A DNA stretch of 63,939 bases, the filler included, from Chiloscyllium plagiosum (Eukaryota), in NCBI RefSeq assembly GCF_004010195.1. It is 4 parts of one record of this genome, joined end to end, with 100 filler letters (N's around TTAATTAATTAA, not from the genome) between each part and the next. Parts side by side here need not be neighbours in the genome. Positions count along the whole stretch, not along the records: positions 30,763 to 50,188 come from NC_057710.1; 3 more parts are not named here. One strand, given 5' to 3'. Both the position numbers and the translations under genes were made by a program. Below the pieces are notes generated by a model. The model worked only from the letters and a program-made list of their open reading frames with translations, searched no databases and was not told the DNA's origin. Positions 36,121 through 49,000 of the stretch are shown piece by piece (the stretch's first letter is position 1; each line of letters starts with the position of its first letter).

Positions 36121-36853
36121 TAGGGGTGCAGCGGGTGTAACTTGACAGAAGCTAAACTAAAGTAAAGCTAGCAGGCGTGCTAAGGGATTTCGCTGGCACT
36201 AGCTTATTAATCTCCCAGTCGGGGAGCCCACACTATGTAAGTCGAACCCTAGCCCCGCGGGTCAACCTGGGCAGGGGTGGGGATAGTTACAGACGGGGCG
36301 CGTGTCGATTCCTGAGCGCGAGACCCCGGGTTTCCGTGAGTCTCTCTCTCTCGCTGCCTGACGTTCAGCGGCCGAGTGTACCCCACGAACACTGGGCATG
36401 AACCAGGGGCCCAGGTGCAAAGGGTGGGGGGCGTGAACTCAGACCTAACCGCGCCTGATCCTGCAGAGGCCAACACCTCGGGACCGCGAAGTCAATGGGC
36501 AGAGCGCGTAACTGTCGCTTGGCCCAGAGGCTCCGCGTCTCGGGCTGGTTTGGAGGACTTCCTTTCTTGTAGCGCGCGTAGACCTCCCAGCCTCTACCGC
36601 GTACGCAAGGAAGGCGCTAAAACCGGGCTCAACGTACAATGGGGTCCCCTATCTCCCACTGCAGAGGTCAACCAGGAAGGCTTGTTTGGTCGGTTTTTAA
36701 ACAGGGGGGGTCAATCTGTCACACTTTTAAAGAGTACTCTACCGTTACACGACTGCCAGACTCATTCTGTTCACAGGTTCAGATAACGGCCGGCAGTGAA
36801 GTCCCTTACGGGGTACTGGGAGACTTTTACGCGAGAAGTAAAAGAGTAAAGAT

Positions 36854-36860
36854 ACTCACC
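36854..36860 (-). promoter_or_regulatory. Major splice donor of the provirus
   Basis: G|GTGAGT about 35 nt downstream of the PBS. Confidence 0.75.
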
Positions 36861-36893
36861 CAGTGCCGTCGCAGGGATCCTGCAGCCGTCATT

Positions 36894-36911
36894 ATCCCGG
36901 ATGAGCCCCCA
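36894..36911 (-). promoter_or_regulatory. Primer-binding site complementary to tRNA-Pro
   Basis: TGGGGGCTCATCCGGGAT matches the canonical Pro PBS TGGGGGCTCGTCCGGGAT at 17/18 and starts 2 nt after the LTR-terminal CA. Confidence 0.93.
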
Positions 36912-36913
36912 AT

Positions 36914-37645
36914 TGTTAGCGCGGATAAAATGATATCAGTCCGAGCCCAGAGTGCGGTTTAACAATCTGTAACGTTTATTGATACAGTAACACCGGCGGA
37001 GACCAACCGAGGTCCGAATCTCGGCTGTTCTGCTGTTCCCGCGCACTGCTACACATTATATACCTTTCTTTGTCAGGATGTGAGGATTCTGAGTATGAAT
37101 GGGATGGTAGTTCCCCATCATCACTGGAGTAGGTGCAAATGGTGGGTTTCCTGCCATCCCAGGAGAGTTGCAGTGTACATACAATAGGGTGTTAATTGGA
37201 TTATGTAAACGGGTCCGGGTACTATCTGCTTGTCTCTCTCTGTGAGGACTGAGGGCTAGCACCCCCCTTTGTTCCCTTGGGGTGCTGGTGTGTACTAGTC
37301 TGTTCGTTCCTGTCTGGTGGATGCCTGTCCTTTGTGTCAGGATGGTTCTGTATTGATGAATATGGGTGTGTTTCAGTCAGTCTCTTGATTTGATTAGGAG
37401 ATGGGTTTCCATATTTAATTAGCTCCGGAGTTTCGGTCTATGAGTCATGGTTAGTATCTGGCCTAGTGTGGATTTGATCTGTCCTCTGGTTCCCATCTCC
37501 CGGTCACGTGGGCGGACCGGCAGCTGCTGAGTTCTGTGGGTTTAAGCTGCGGCTGCCGTTTAAAACACAAAATGAATTCCTATAGTTTTACCGATGTAGG
37601 CATAGTCCCATGGCAAATGCAGGGCGGCTCTGATGCCCGCTTGCA
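36914..37645 (-). repeat. 5' LTR of the provirus (732 bp)
   Basis: Starts TGCAAGCG and ends CGCTAACA (imperfect inverted termini); CCAAT 37195-37199, TATATAA 37056-37062, AATAAA 36975-36980. Confidence 0.88.
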
Positions 37646-37765
37646 AGAGTATGCAGCAGGAACACACAAAGACAGGGAAAACGTGCAAAGTCCACACAGT
37701 CACTCGAGGGTGGAATTCCGTGGCGCTGTGAGGCAGCTGTGCTAATCACTGAACCACCGTGCTGA
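37646..37765 (-). mobile_element. 5' half of an HE1-type SINE that is the proviral integration target
   Basis: SINE head and part of the V-domain abut the LTR exactly. Confidence 0.75.
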
Positions 37766-40700
37766 CCCTCTCTAGCTGAAACGAAACCCTAGGCGTACCT
37801 ATGTCATTGGTACCTCCGTTAGTCAAGGGGAAGAGTTCCCCCACTTCCTCAAAGTTTTTCTCCAGCTACGAGAATATCAAAACATGAAACGGAGAAAACG
37901 GGATCAACAGTAAGCTCTTCGAGCATGCTTCGTCATTGAATATCATTACCCATTCCCAGTTTCCCCACAAAATCTGTGATCCCTTTAGCCCTAAGAACTG
38001 TATCTAACTCTTCGAAAGCATTGTTGGGGGGCAGACACTGCAATACTTCACCAGTCAATGTTTTGATTCCCATCACCAAAAGTACCAATTGATTCCCCCC
38101 ATGCACTATTGTCCAGAATAAAAAAGAAGACTTTCACTAAGTTTCTTTAATGAATACAAAATCACCCATTTATTAGAACACAAAATTTATTCTTAAAACA
38201 AGTGCTAAAGGTTGGTTGACATCCAAGATATAACCCGAGTTAGAAATCTACCTCCTTAATCTCAAACATAGATGCACTCACACAACATAAAAAGACAACG
38301 ATTTCTGGAGAGGTATTTTTTTAAGAAAGGGAAAAAGGGAAAGTAACCCTGTTGGCGAAAGGTCTGATGTCTTCTCACAGGCCATTAGGGTTCTTACCAT
38401 TAAAATCAAATTATCGATGGTCTCAGAATGATAGAAGATCTTTAGTTCATAGTAAAATCAAGTTGGATCTGGGTCTTCAGAATGTGGCTACAGTTCAGGA
38501 TTTTAGATTTTATAATATTAATTAGAAATCCATGCCCCTCATGATGTTTAGAAATATTATCAGGTTCTGCTGAAAGAAGGCAAGAGATTTGCAAAACCTG
38601 GGGATTCTTTCATGGTCTGGAAAACAGAAAACTTAGCCCTCAAAACATTGCTCAGCAACCATCAGTACAGAGGCCCCCATAGACTTTTAAAAGATGGTTT
38701 TATCAGCAATTCAGGGTCACAAACTACATAGAGTCATATAGATGTACAACACAGAAACAGACCCTTCGGTCCAACTCATCCATGCCGACCAAATATCTCA
38801 ACCCAATCTAGTCCCACCTGCCAGCATGCAGCCCATATCCCTCCAAACACTTCCTATTCATATACCCATCCAGATGCCTTTTAAATGTTGCAATTGTACT
38901 AGCCTCTACCACTTCCTCTGGCAGCTCATTCCATACACATACTACCCTATGAGTGGAAAAAGTTGCCTCTTAGCTCTCTTTTTTATCTTTCTCCTCTCAC
39001 CCTAAAACTATGCCCTCTAGTTCTGAACTCCCCCACCCCAGGGAAAAGGCTTTGTGTATTAACCCTATCCATGCCCCTCATGATTTTATAAACCTCTATA
39101 AGGTCACCCCTCAGCCTCCGATGCTCCAGGGAAAACAGCCCCGGCCTGTTCAGCCTCTCCCGATAGCTCAAATCCTCCAACCCTGGCAACATCCCTGTAA
39201 TTCTTTTCTGAACCCTTTCAAGTTTCACAACGTCTTTCCGATAGTAAGGAGACCAGAATTGCACACAGTATTCCAACAGTGGCCGAACCAATGTCCTGTA
39301 TAGCCTCAATGTGACCTCCCAACTCCTGTACTCAATACTCTGACCAATAAGAGAAAGCATACCAAATGCTGCCTTCACTATCCTATCTTCCTGTGACTCC
39401 ACTTTCAAGGAGCTATGAACTTGCACTCCAGGGTCTCTTTGCTCAGCAACACTCCCTAGGACCTTATCATTAAGTGTATAAGTCCTGCTAAGATTTGCTT
39501 TCCCAAAATGCAGCACCTCGCATTTATCTAAATTAACCTCCATCTGCCACTTCTCAGCCATTGGTCCATCTGATCAAGATCCTGTTGTAATCTGAGGTAA
39601 CCCTCTTCGCTGTCCACTACACCTCCAATTTTGGTGTCATCTGCAAACTTACTAACTGTACCTCTTATGCTCACATCGAAATCATTTATATAAATGATGA
39701 AAAGGAGTGGACCCAGCACCGATCCTTGTGGCGCTCCATTGGTCACAGGCCTCCAGTCTGAAAAACAACCCTCCACCACCACCCTCTGTCTTCTACCTTT
39801 GAGCCAGTTCTGTATCCAAATGGCTAGTTCTCCCTGTATTCTGTGAGATCTAACCTTGCTAATCAGTCTCCCATGGGAAACCTTGTCGAACACCTTACTG
39901 AAATCCATATAGATCACATCATCAATCCTCTTTGTTATTTCTTCAAAAAACTCAATCAAGTTTGTGAGACATGATTTCCCATGTATAAAGCCATGTTGAC
40001 TATTCCTAATCAGTCCTTACCTTTCCAAGTACATGTACATCCTGTCCCTCAGGATTCCCTCCAACAACTTGCCTACCATCGACATCAGGCTCACTGGTCT
40101 ATAGTTCCCTGGTTTGTCCTTACCACCTTTCTTAAATAGTGGCACCACATTAGCCATCTCAAGTCTTCTGGCACCTCACCTGTGACTATCGATGATACAA
40201 ATATCTCAGCAAGAGACCCAGCAATCACATCTCTAGCTTCCCACAGAGTTCTAGTGTATGTTAGTGGAATAGTGTAGGTTAGATAGGCTTCAGATTGGTA
40301 TGACAGTTCAGCGCAACAGTGAGGGCCGAAGGGCCTGTACTGCGCTGTAATGTTCTATGTTCTAATGTTCTATGTTCTATGGTACACCTGATCAGGTCCT
40401 GGGGATTTATCCACTTTTATGTGTTTCAAGACATCCAAAACTTGCTCTTCTGCAATATGGACAATTTTCAAGATGGCACCGTCTATTTCCCTACATTCTA
40501 TATCTCCCATGTTCTTTTCTACAGTAAATACTTATGCAAAATACTTGCTTAGTATCGGCCCCATCTCCTGCGGCTCCATACAAAGGCTGCCTTGCTGAAC
40601 TTTGAGGAGCCCTATTCTCTCCCTCATTACTCTTTTGTCCTTAATGTATTTGTAAAAACCCTTTGAATTCTCCTTAACCCTATTTGCCAAAGCTACCTTA

Positions 40701-41859
40701 TGTCCCCTTTTTGCCTTCCTGATTTCCCTCTTAAGTATACTGCTACTGCCTTTATAATCTTCTAAGGATTCACTCGATCTATCCTGTCTATACCTGACAT
40801 ATGCTTCCTTCCTTTTCTTAACCAAACCCTCAATTTCTTTAGTCATCCAGCATTCCCTATACCTACCAGTCTTTCCATTCACTCTAACAGGAATATACTC
40901 TCTCTGGACTCTCGTTATCTCATTTCTGAAGGCTTCCCATTTTCCAGCCATCCCTTTACCTGCAAACATCTGCGCCCAATCAGCTTTTGAAAGTTCTTGC
41001 CTAATACCATCAAAATTAGCCTTTCTCCAATTTAGAACTTCAACTTTTAGATCCAGTCTATCCTTTTCCATCACTATTTTAAAACTGACAGAATTTTGGT
41101 CGCTGGCCCCAAAGTGCTCCCCCACTGACACCTCAGTCACCTGCCCTGCCTTATTTCCCAAGAGTAGGTCAGGTTTTGCACCTTCCCTAGTAGGTACATC
41201 CACATACTGAATCAGAAAATTTTATTGTACACACTCAACAAATTCCTCTCCATTTAAACCCTTAACACTATGGCAGTCCCAGTCTATGTTTGGAAAGTTA
41301 AAATCCCCTACCATAACTACCCTAATTTTCTTACAGATAGCTGAGATCACCTTACAAATTTGTTTCTTAATGTCCCTCTGACTATTAGGGGGTCTATAAT
41401 ACAATCCCAACAAGGTGATCATCCCTTTCATATTAGTCAGTTCCACCCAAATAACTTCCCTGAATGTATTTCCTGGTATATCCTCCCTTAGCATAGCTGT
41501 AATGCTATCCCTTATCAAAAATGCCACTCCCCCTCCTCTCTTGCCTGCCTTTTGGTCCATCCTGTAGCATTTGTATCCTGGAACATTAAGCTGCCAGTCC
41601 TGCCCATCCCTGAGCCATGTTTCTGTAATTGCTGTGATATCCCAGTCCCATACTCCTAACCATGTCCTGAGTTCATCTGCCTTCCCTGTTAGGCCTCTTG
41701 CATTGAAATAAATGCAGTTTAATTTATCAGTCTGCCCCTGTTCTCTGCTTTGTCCCTGCCTGCCCTGACTATTTTACTTGCCTTTGATCTCAATTGTACC
41801 AGCCTCAGATTGATCTCTTTCCTCACTATCTCCTTGGGACCCACCCCTCCACATTAATA

Positions 41860-42767
41860 GTTTAAATCCTTCTGAGCAGTTCCAGCAAATCTCCCTGCCA
41901 GTATATTCATCCCCTTCTAATTTAGGTGCAATCTGTCCTTTTTACACAGGCCACTTCTGCCACAAAAGAGATTCCAATGATCCAAAAATGTGAATCCTTC
42001 TCCCGAACACCAGCTCCTCAGTCATGCATTCATCTGCTCTATCCTCCTATTCCTGCCCTCACTAACTCATAGCACTGGGAGTAATCCAGATATTACTACT
42101 CTCGAGGATCTCCTTTTTAAATTCCTGCCTAACTCTCTGTAATCTCCCTTCAGAGTCGCAACCTTTTCCCTTCCAATGTTGTTGGTTCCAATGTGGACAA
42201 TGACCTCTTGCTGGCCCCTCTCCCCCGTGAGAACATTCTGCACCCTCTATGAGACATCCTTGCTCCGGTCACCAGGGAAGCAACATACCATTCTGATTTT
42301 TCGCTGCTGGCCATAGAAATGTCTGTCTGTACCTTGGACTAGAGAGTCCCCTAACATAATTGATTGCTTGGAACCCACGTACCTCTCATTACATTAGAGC
42401 CACTCTCAATACCAGAAACTTGTCTGCTTGTGCTATGCATCCCTGAGTGTCCATCACCCCCTACATTTTCCAAAACAGCATAACTGTTTGAAATGGGGAT
42501 AGCCACAGAAGACTCCTGCACTACCTGCCTATCTCTCTTACCTTTCCTGTATCTGAGACTTTCCCCTTTCCTGTAACTGCCATCCATCACATCCCCTTGC
42601 TCTTGTAAATTCCTCATTGCCTCTATCTGCCTCTCCAATCGATCCACTCGATCTGATAGGTTTCGCAACCAACAGCACTTATTGCAGAAATAATCTTCAG
42701 TAACCCCCAAACACTCCCTAAACTCCCACATCTAACAAGAAGAGCATATCACTCTACTAACGGCCAT
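41860..42767 (-). pseudogene. CR1 ORF1: Cys-rich finger, leucine zipper and SGNH/GDSL esterase domain
   Basis: MAVSRVICSSC*MWE..YFCNKC..LSDRVDRLERQIEAM; GDSLVQG..FPG..HIGTNN..DRLHLN. Confidence 0.88.
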
Positions 42768-43175
42768 TTTTGCTTCTTTCAATCTACAAACCCAGAAAAT
42801 AGCACAATGTTATTCCTCTACAAAACACTGCTCCAGGTTAAAATAATACTTATGGCTTATATTTTAAGTTTAATCAAGAAACATAGCTCAATAAAACATA
42901 TAATCAAGAAAGAACCCACTCTACTCACTACTGCAGACTTATTTTAAGGCCGCGCTTAAAATCCACTTATCTGCTTCTGTGCTGTGACCTGTCCAAATTG
43001 GTTCCTCTAAGATCAGGTGTGAATTTCACTGTTTTTTAATTTTCCCAGACGCACTCCAATGTCCAGCGATGCATGAATTCAAACAGCAAAGGCAGTAACT
43101 GTGCAGGTTCACTGCTCTGTCAGTTTCTTTCTTTCTATCTCTCTCCTGCACTGACCTCACTACATGCTTCCTTAA

Positions 43176-43444
43176 AGTGTGGAAACAGGCCCTTCGGCCC
43201 ACCGAAGCGCAACCCATTCCCCTACATTTACCCCTTCACCTAACACTACAAGCAATTTAGCATAGCCAATTCATCTAACCTGCACATTTTTTGGACAGTG
43301 GAAACCAGAGCACCCGGAGGAAACCCACGCAGACACAGGGAGAATGTTCAAACTCCACACAGACAGTTGCCTGAGGCGGGAATTGAACCTGGGTCTCTGG
43401 CGCAGTGAGGCAGCAGTGCTAACCACTGTGCCACCGTGCCACCC
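43176..43444 (-). mobile_element. HE1-type V-SINE nested in the CR1 5' UTR
   Basis: ggcacggtggcacagtggttagcactgctgcctca head, ggttcaattcc B-box. Confidence 0.92.
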
Positions 43445-44205
43445 GTGTCTGTTTTTCCCCCTTTTAAAACTGCTGTTGTTTTGACTTTTTTTTTCCCCGA
43501 AGTTCCAAAACAATGCCACAGCATATAAAACAGTAATTGCTACTCCTGGAATTCGAAGAAATCACCTCCAACACCTAAAATACCTCAGAAAAGGAGCAGC
43601 TGTTTCAGCCAGAGATTTTTCCTGTTCTCCACTTTGGATTACCCAGAATCCTTTTTCTTTTATCTCCCGAAAAGCTTTGCTTATCTTTTCTCCAAAGTCA
43701 CTTGATTTTCTGTAAACAACAGCACACATTAAACCGCTGCTAAATGCAAACAACTGTGAATTTGAGAAATTTGAAATAAAAATAGAAAGTGCTTGAGAAA
43801 CTCAGCAGTTCTGGTGGCATCCATGGACAGAGAGAGACAGAGTTAACATTTGAGTCTAACATTCAGCTGATATGAGACAGCAGCTAAAAAGCTGCCAAAC
43901 CTATTGAGCTACTCCAATACAAGCTATCTTTATTAAATGGTTAACTTCATTTCAAAGAAACCATTTCATGAAAATCTTTTTCAATCCAGAAAATGCCCAG
44001 ACAATCCCATATTATCCGTTTTTTCACATAGTCCATAAATATAAATACGTATTCCCATTGCAGTTGAATTTGGATGATAAAGGAGAGTCTATATCTCTTA
44101 CATAACATATGCAAATCACCTTTAATTACAGGAATAAGTCTGCATTCATTCTTGATGCAAATAATATTCTTAATAGGATGAAGAAGATATCATTGAGCTA
44201 TTGTA

Positions 44206-46032
44206 GAACATAGAAAATTAGAACATAGAACATTACAGCGCAGTACAGACCCTTCGGCCCTCAATGTTGCGCCATCCTGTCATACCAATCTGAAGCCCAT
44301 CGAACCTACACTATTCCATGTACGTCCATATGCTTGTCCAATGACGACTTAAATGTACTTAAAGTTGGCGAATCTACTACCATTGCAAGCAAAGCATTCC
44401 ATACCCTTACTACTCTCTGAGTAAAGAAACTACCTCTGACATCTGTCCTGTATCTATCACCCCTCAATTTAAAGCTATGCCCCCTCGTGCTCGCAGTCAC
44501 CATACTTGGAAAAAGGCTCTCCCTGTCCACCCTATCTAATGCTCTGATTATCGTATATGTCTCTATTAAGTCACTTCTCAACCTTCTTCTCTCTAACAAA
44601 AACAGCCTCAAGTCCCTCAGCCTTTCCTCATAACACCGTCCCTCCATACCAGGCAACATCCTAGTAAATCTCCTCTGCACCCTTTCCAAAGCTTCCACAT
44701 CCTTCTTATAATGCAGTGACCAGAACTGTATGCAATACTCCAAGTGTGGCCGCACCAGAGTTTTGTACAGCTGTAGCATAAACACATGGTTCCAGAACTC
44801 GATCCCTCTATTCATAAAAGCCAAAACACTGTATGCCTTCGTAACAACCCTGTCAACTTGGGTGGCAACTTTCAAGGATCTGTGTAACTGGACACCGAGA
44901 TCTCTGCTCATCTACACTGCCAAGAATCATACCATTAGCCCAGTACTTTGCATTCTGACCAAAGTGAATCACCTCACACTTGTCGGACCCAACACTGACC
45001 CTTGCGGTACACCACTAGTAGCTGGACTCCAGGATGAACATTTCCCATCAACCACCACCCTCTGTCTTCTTTCAGCAAGCCAATTACTGATCCAAACTGC
45101 TATATATCCCACAATCCCATTCCTCCACATTTTGTACAATAGCCTACTGTGCGGAACCTTATCGAACGTCTTGCTGAAATCTCTATACACCACATCAACC
45201 GGTTTACTCTCATCTACCTGTTTGTTCACCTTCTCAAAGAATTCAATAAGGCTTGTGAGGCATGACCTACCCTTCACAAAACCGCGCTGACTATCCCTAA
45301 TCAAATTATTCTTTTCTAGATGATTATAAATCCTATCTCTTATAACCTTTTCCAACACTTTACCAACAATTGAAGTAAGGCTCACTGGTCTATAATTACC
45401 AGGGTTGTCTCTACTCCCCTTCTTGAACAGGGGAATCACATTTGCTATCCTCCAGTCTTCTGGCACTATTCCTTTAGACAATGACAATTTAAAGATCAAT
45501 GCCAAAGGCTCGGCAATCTCCTCCCTGGCTTCCCAGAGGATCCTAGGATAAATCCCATCCAGCCCAGGGGACTTATCTGTTTTTCACACTCTGCAGGATT
45601 TATAATACCTCTTCCTTGTGAACCTCAATCCCACGTAGTCTAGTAGCCTGTATCTCAGTATTCTCCTCGACAACATTGTCGTTTTCTGGAGTGAATACTG
45701 TCAAAAAATATTCCTCTGACTCCACACACAACTTCCCATTACTATCCTTGATTGGCCCTAATCTTACTCTTGTCGTTCTTTTATTCCTTAAATACCTGTA
45801 GAAAGCCTTAGGGTTTACCCTGATCCTATCCACCAACAACTTCTCATGTCTCCTCCTGGCTCTCCTGAGCTCTCTCTTTAGGTCTTTCCTGGCTACCCTA
45901 TAACCCTCAATCGCCATAACTGAGCCTTCACATCTCATCCTAACATAAGCCTTCTTCTTCCTCTTGACCAGAGATTCCACTTCCTTCGTAAACCACGGCT
46001 CCCGCGCTCTACAGCTTCCTCCCTGCCTGACA
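44206..46032 (-). mobile_element. CR1 LINE ORF2 3' part with an internal deletion near 44980
   Basis: ORFs 44969-45505 (NYRPVSLTS..QGSVLGP) and 44306-44911; FADD region missing; tagaacatagaac tail. Confidence 0.95.
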
Positions 46033-49000
46033 TAACTGTTTGTCATTACTATGTTAAAAGAAATATTTGCATTTAGATAACACTTGGAAGGAGGAGGGAG
46101 AATTGAAAAGCCTGTGAAACAAGAATTGCTGGCATTGTAAATAGAAGCATAGAGTGTCGAGGTGAGAAAGCTACACTTAAACTTTAAAACCACTGATCAA
46201 ACCTTAACTTGACAATTGTGTCCAATCTTGGGCCATTCACTTACATCTCCTCCCACCCTGCCCCCTGTAAAAACGNNNNNNNNNNNNNNNNNNNNNNNNN
46301 NNNNNNNNNNNNNNNNNNNNNNNNNNNNNNNNNNNNNNNNNNNNNNNNNNNNNNNNNNNNNNNNNNNNNNNNNNNNNNNNNNNNNNNNNNNNNNNNNNNN
46401 NNNNNNNNNNNNNNNNNNNNNNNNNNNNNNNNNNNNNNNNNNNNNNNNNNNNNNNNNNNNNNNNNNNNNNNNNNNNNNNNNNNNNNNNNNNNNNNNNNNN
46501 NNNNNNNNNNNNNNNNNNNNNNNNNNNNNNNNNNNNNNNNNNNNNNNNNNNNNNNNNNNNNNNNNNNNNNNNNNNNNNNNNNNNNNNNNNNNNNNNNNNN
46601 NNNNNNNNNNNNNNNNNNNNNNNNNNNNNNNNNNNNNNNNNNNNNNNNNNNNNNNNNNNNNNNNNNNNNNNNNNNNNNNNNNNNNNNNNNNNNNNNNNNN
46701 NNNNNNNNNNNNNNNNNNNNNNNNNNNNNNNNNNNNNNNNNNNNNNNNNNNNNNNNNNNNNNNNNNNNNNNNNNNGATCTGGAAAGCACTAACTGAAAGG
46801 ATCGTGAAAGCAGCTACAATAATAATTGTCAAATACAATTGAATATGTAGGAAGGATGTTCAGAGCTTTTGGTAAAGAGCACTAATTCATAGCCTTTTTA
46901 AAACTTCAGCAAAAACACAATGAGCTCCTTCTGTACATCATAATTTTACATCATTTCACCTCCCAGGAACATCCCAAAATTCTTCTCATCAACAGAATAC
47001 TCCAAAGTGCAGTGGCTGTTGTTATTTTAGGTAATACACTGCATCACGTAACGTATGGCAATTGTCCACACAGTGTAATGAAAGGCAAAATGTTTGATGA
47101 AATGTTATGCAAGAGGCTTCATAGAAATATCAATCATATTAGAAGTCATTTTTGCAGCAAGGTAGCACCAATATATGGCAGTGAAGGCTATTGCAATTGG
47201 AATTAGAACTGTAATGAACAAGAATAGAGTTCTTGTTGCTAATCACTGGCCAGTAAGGTTGATCCTACTACATAGAAACATTGGTGCACTTACTGATCGC
47301 TTGTGAACAAATATCCTTACTCGCAATTTTCTCGCTTATTGTTTTTAATACATGGCAATTAGGAAAAGGCAACAAATCCAGCTTTGTCAGCTTTGCCCAC
47401 ACAGTGGGAACATCTCTGATTGACCATCCCCTTGGGCAATGCTTCATGAATCTATACAGCCATACCAAGTTACTTCTACAGAATTCTTTTATTTACCAAC
47501 GTTAACTCATATCGGCACACCTTGCCCTTCCTTTCTGCTGACTTGTCAGAGGCTTTCGAAATGATTCCCCTGTTCTTCTCCTCGTCTGATAACTCCCTCA
47601 ACTTGGTGGTCCAGCCCATCTGAGGGTTTTGCTCCCTATCTCTTTTTAAATATATAAGAACAAGAGTACACTGCTCCATGGGGGTTAACCACACCATCCT
47701 TGCCACTCCGAGTAACACCCTTCTTTGGTTTCTATCAAAATATGCTTAGATCCTTGGGGAGACAATTTCTCTTTGGATGCTTGATATTTCCGTGAAACTT
47801 CTTGCAAGACCCCATACTTGCCATCTGAAAAGAGACATCCTATACTTCTTATAGGATACTTCACATGTATCCAATGGTTCACTTCTTCACAAGAAAAAGA
47901 TATTAAATTTGCCACATGCTTTTATCAAATCCATTTCTCCATGGATTTCTGAATGCTCACCCAATTTTATCTTAAATCATTGGACCCTGTGTTTTACATT
48001 CCATCAGTTTTCATTCAGAATTTATTTCTTCTATTGTCTTGACCAGCTGCTCCACATCCAGCTCTAGCAGAATGGTCACCGCACAACCACTGTCATTAAA
48101 ACAAAATACTGCTGCAAAGTGCTTGTTATAACTCAGCTGTGGTTTTGTCTCGGGTTCAAACTAGGCAGGGTATGTGTTGGTATGCATAGGTTGGAGGTGG
48201 TGCATAGTGGAGGGGGGTTGGTAGGAGAGAATTTCTCCCAGAAGCCTCTGGAAAGTTGCCATGGAGCATGAAAATCAGAAATCCCCTCCATCCCATGACA
48301 GAAATGACAGAATTGTTGAGAGTTTGTTCCGCCAATCTGAAGGCAAATTTTTCCATGCTCATAGCTGATAGGTTCACTATCGAGCCTATCAATAGCAAAT
48401 GGAGGAGAGAAGCAAACCATGATTGAAGGCGGAGCAAGCAGTTTGGAAAATCAGTGCTGGTGGTGAGGAATTCACAACAGGAGTTGGAGATACCTTTTGC
48501 TCTGGGTTCTGGGCAATGCCATATACAGGAGGCAGGAGGTTTGGGCTGCAGACATCTGCCAATGGAGGAAGAGGAGGCTATAAGAGAGGTGGGGAGAGGG
48601 GCAGATGAAAGAGGGATGAGAGAGTGAGACACTGCAAGAAGTTTGTGGAGGATTGGAAGAGGGGAGCAAAAAGCTAAAAAAAAGTCTTCTTATTCATTCC
48701 TGGGTTGACGGCATCTCTGGCACAGAGGACTATTAAGAATTAACCACACTGCTGTGGATCTGGAGTCACATGTAAGCCAGACCAAGTAAAGATGGTGATT
48801 TCCTTCCCTGAAGGACATTTCGCAAAACAGATGTGTTTTTTCCCCGACAATCAAAACTGGACATCATTAGAATTTTAACTCTGGATTATTTTTAATTGTA
48901 TTCAAATTCCACCATCTGCCATCTGAGAACCCAAAACATTACCTGGGTCTCTGGATTAACAGTCCAGTGATAATACCACTGGACTATGAGGGAGTAACGG

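Larger units (their letters stand above)
30763..37645 (-). mobile_element. Endogenous retrovirus provirus (5' LTR-PBS-gag-pro-pol-env), 3' part lost in an assembly gap
   Basis: Collinear LTR, tRNA-Pro PBS, gag, RT, tether, RNase H, integrase and env start; sharp rise in GC and CpG relative to the flanks. Confidence 0.97.
38727..43650 (-). mobile_element. Near full-length CR1 LINE (5' UTR, ORF1, ORF2 endonuclease-RT, 3' UTR), inactivated
   Basis: Endonuclease GGGVAFLI..YYRPPNS..VGDFNFP..SDQNSV; RT QGSVLGP..FADDTK; nested CR1 tail at 40259-40380 and SINE at 43176-43444. Confidence 0.95.

Noticed and set aside
31154..36786. Many plus-strand ORFs up to 233 aa within the ERV
   Set aside because: Expected antisense shadows of GC-rich coding sequence; no recognisable domains
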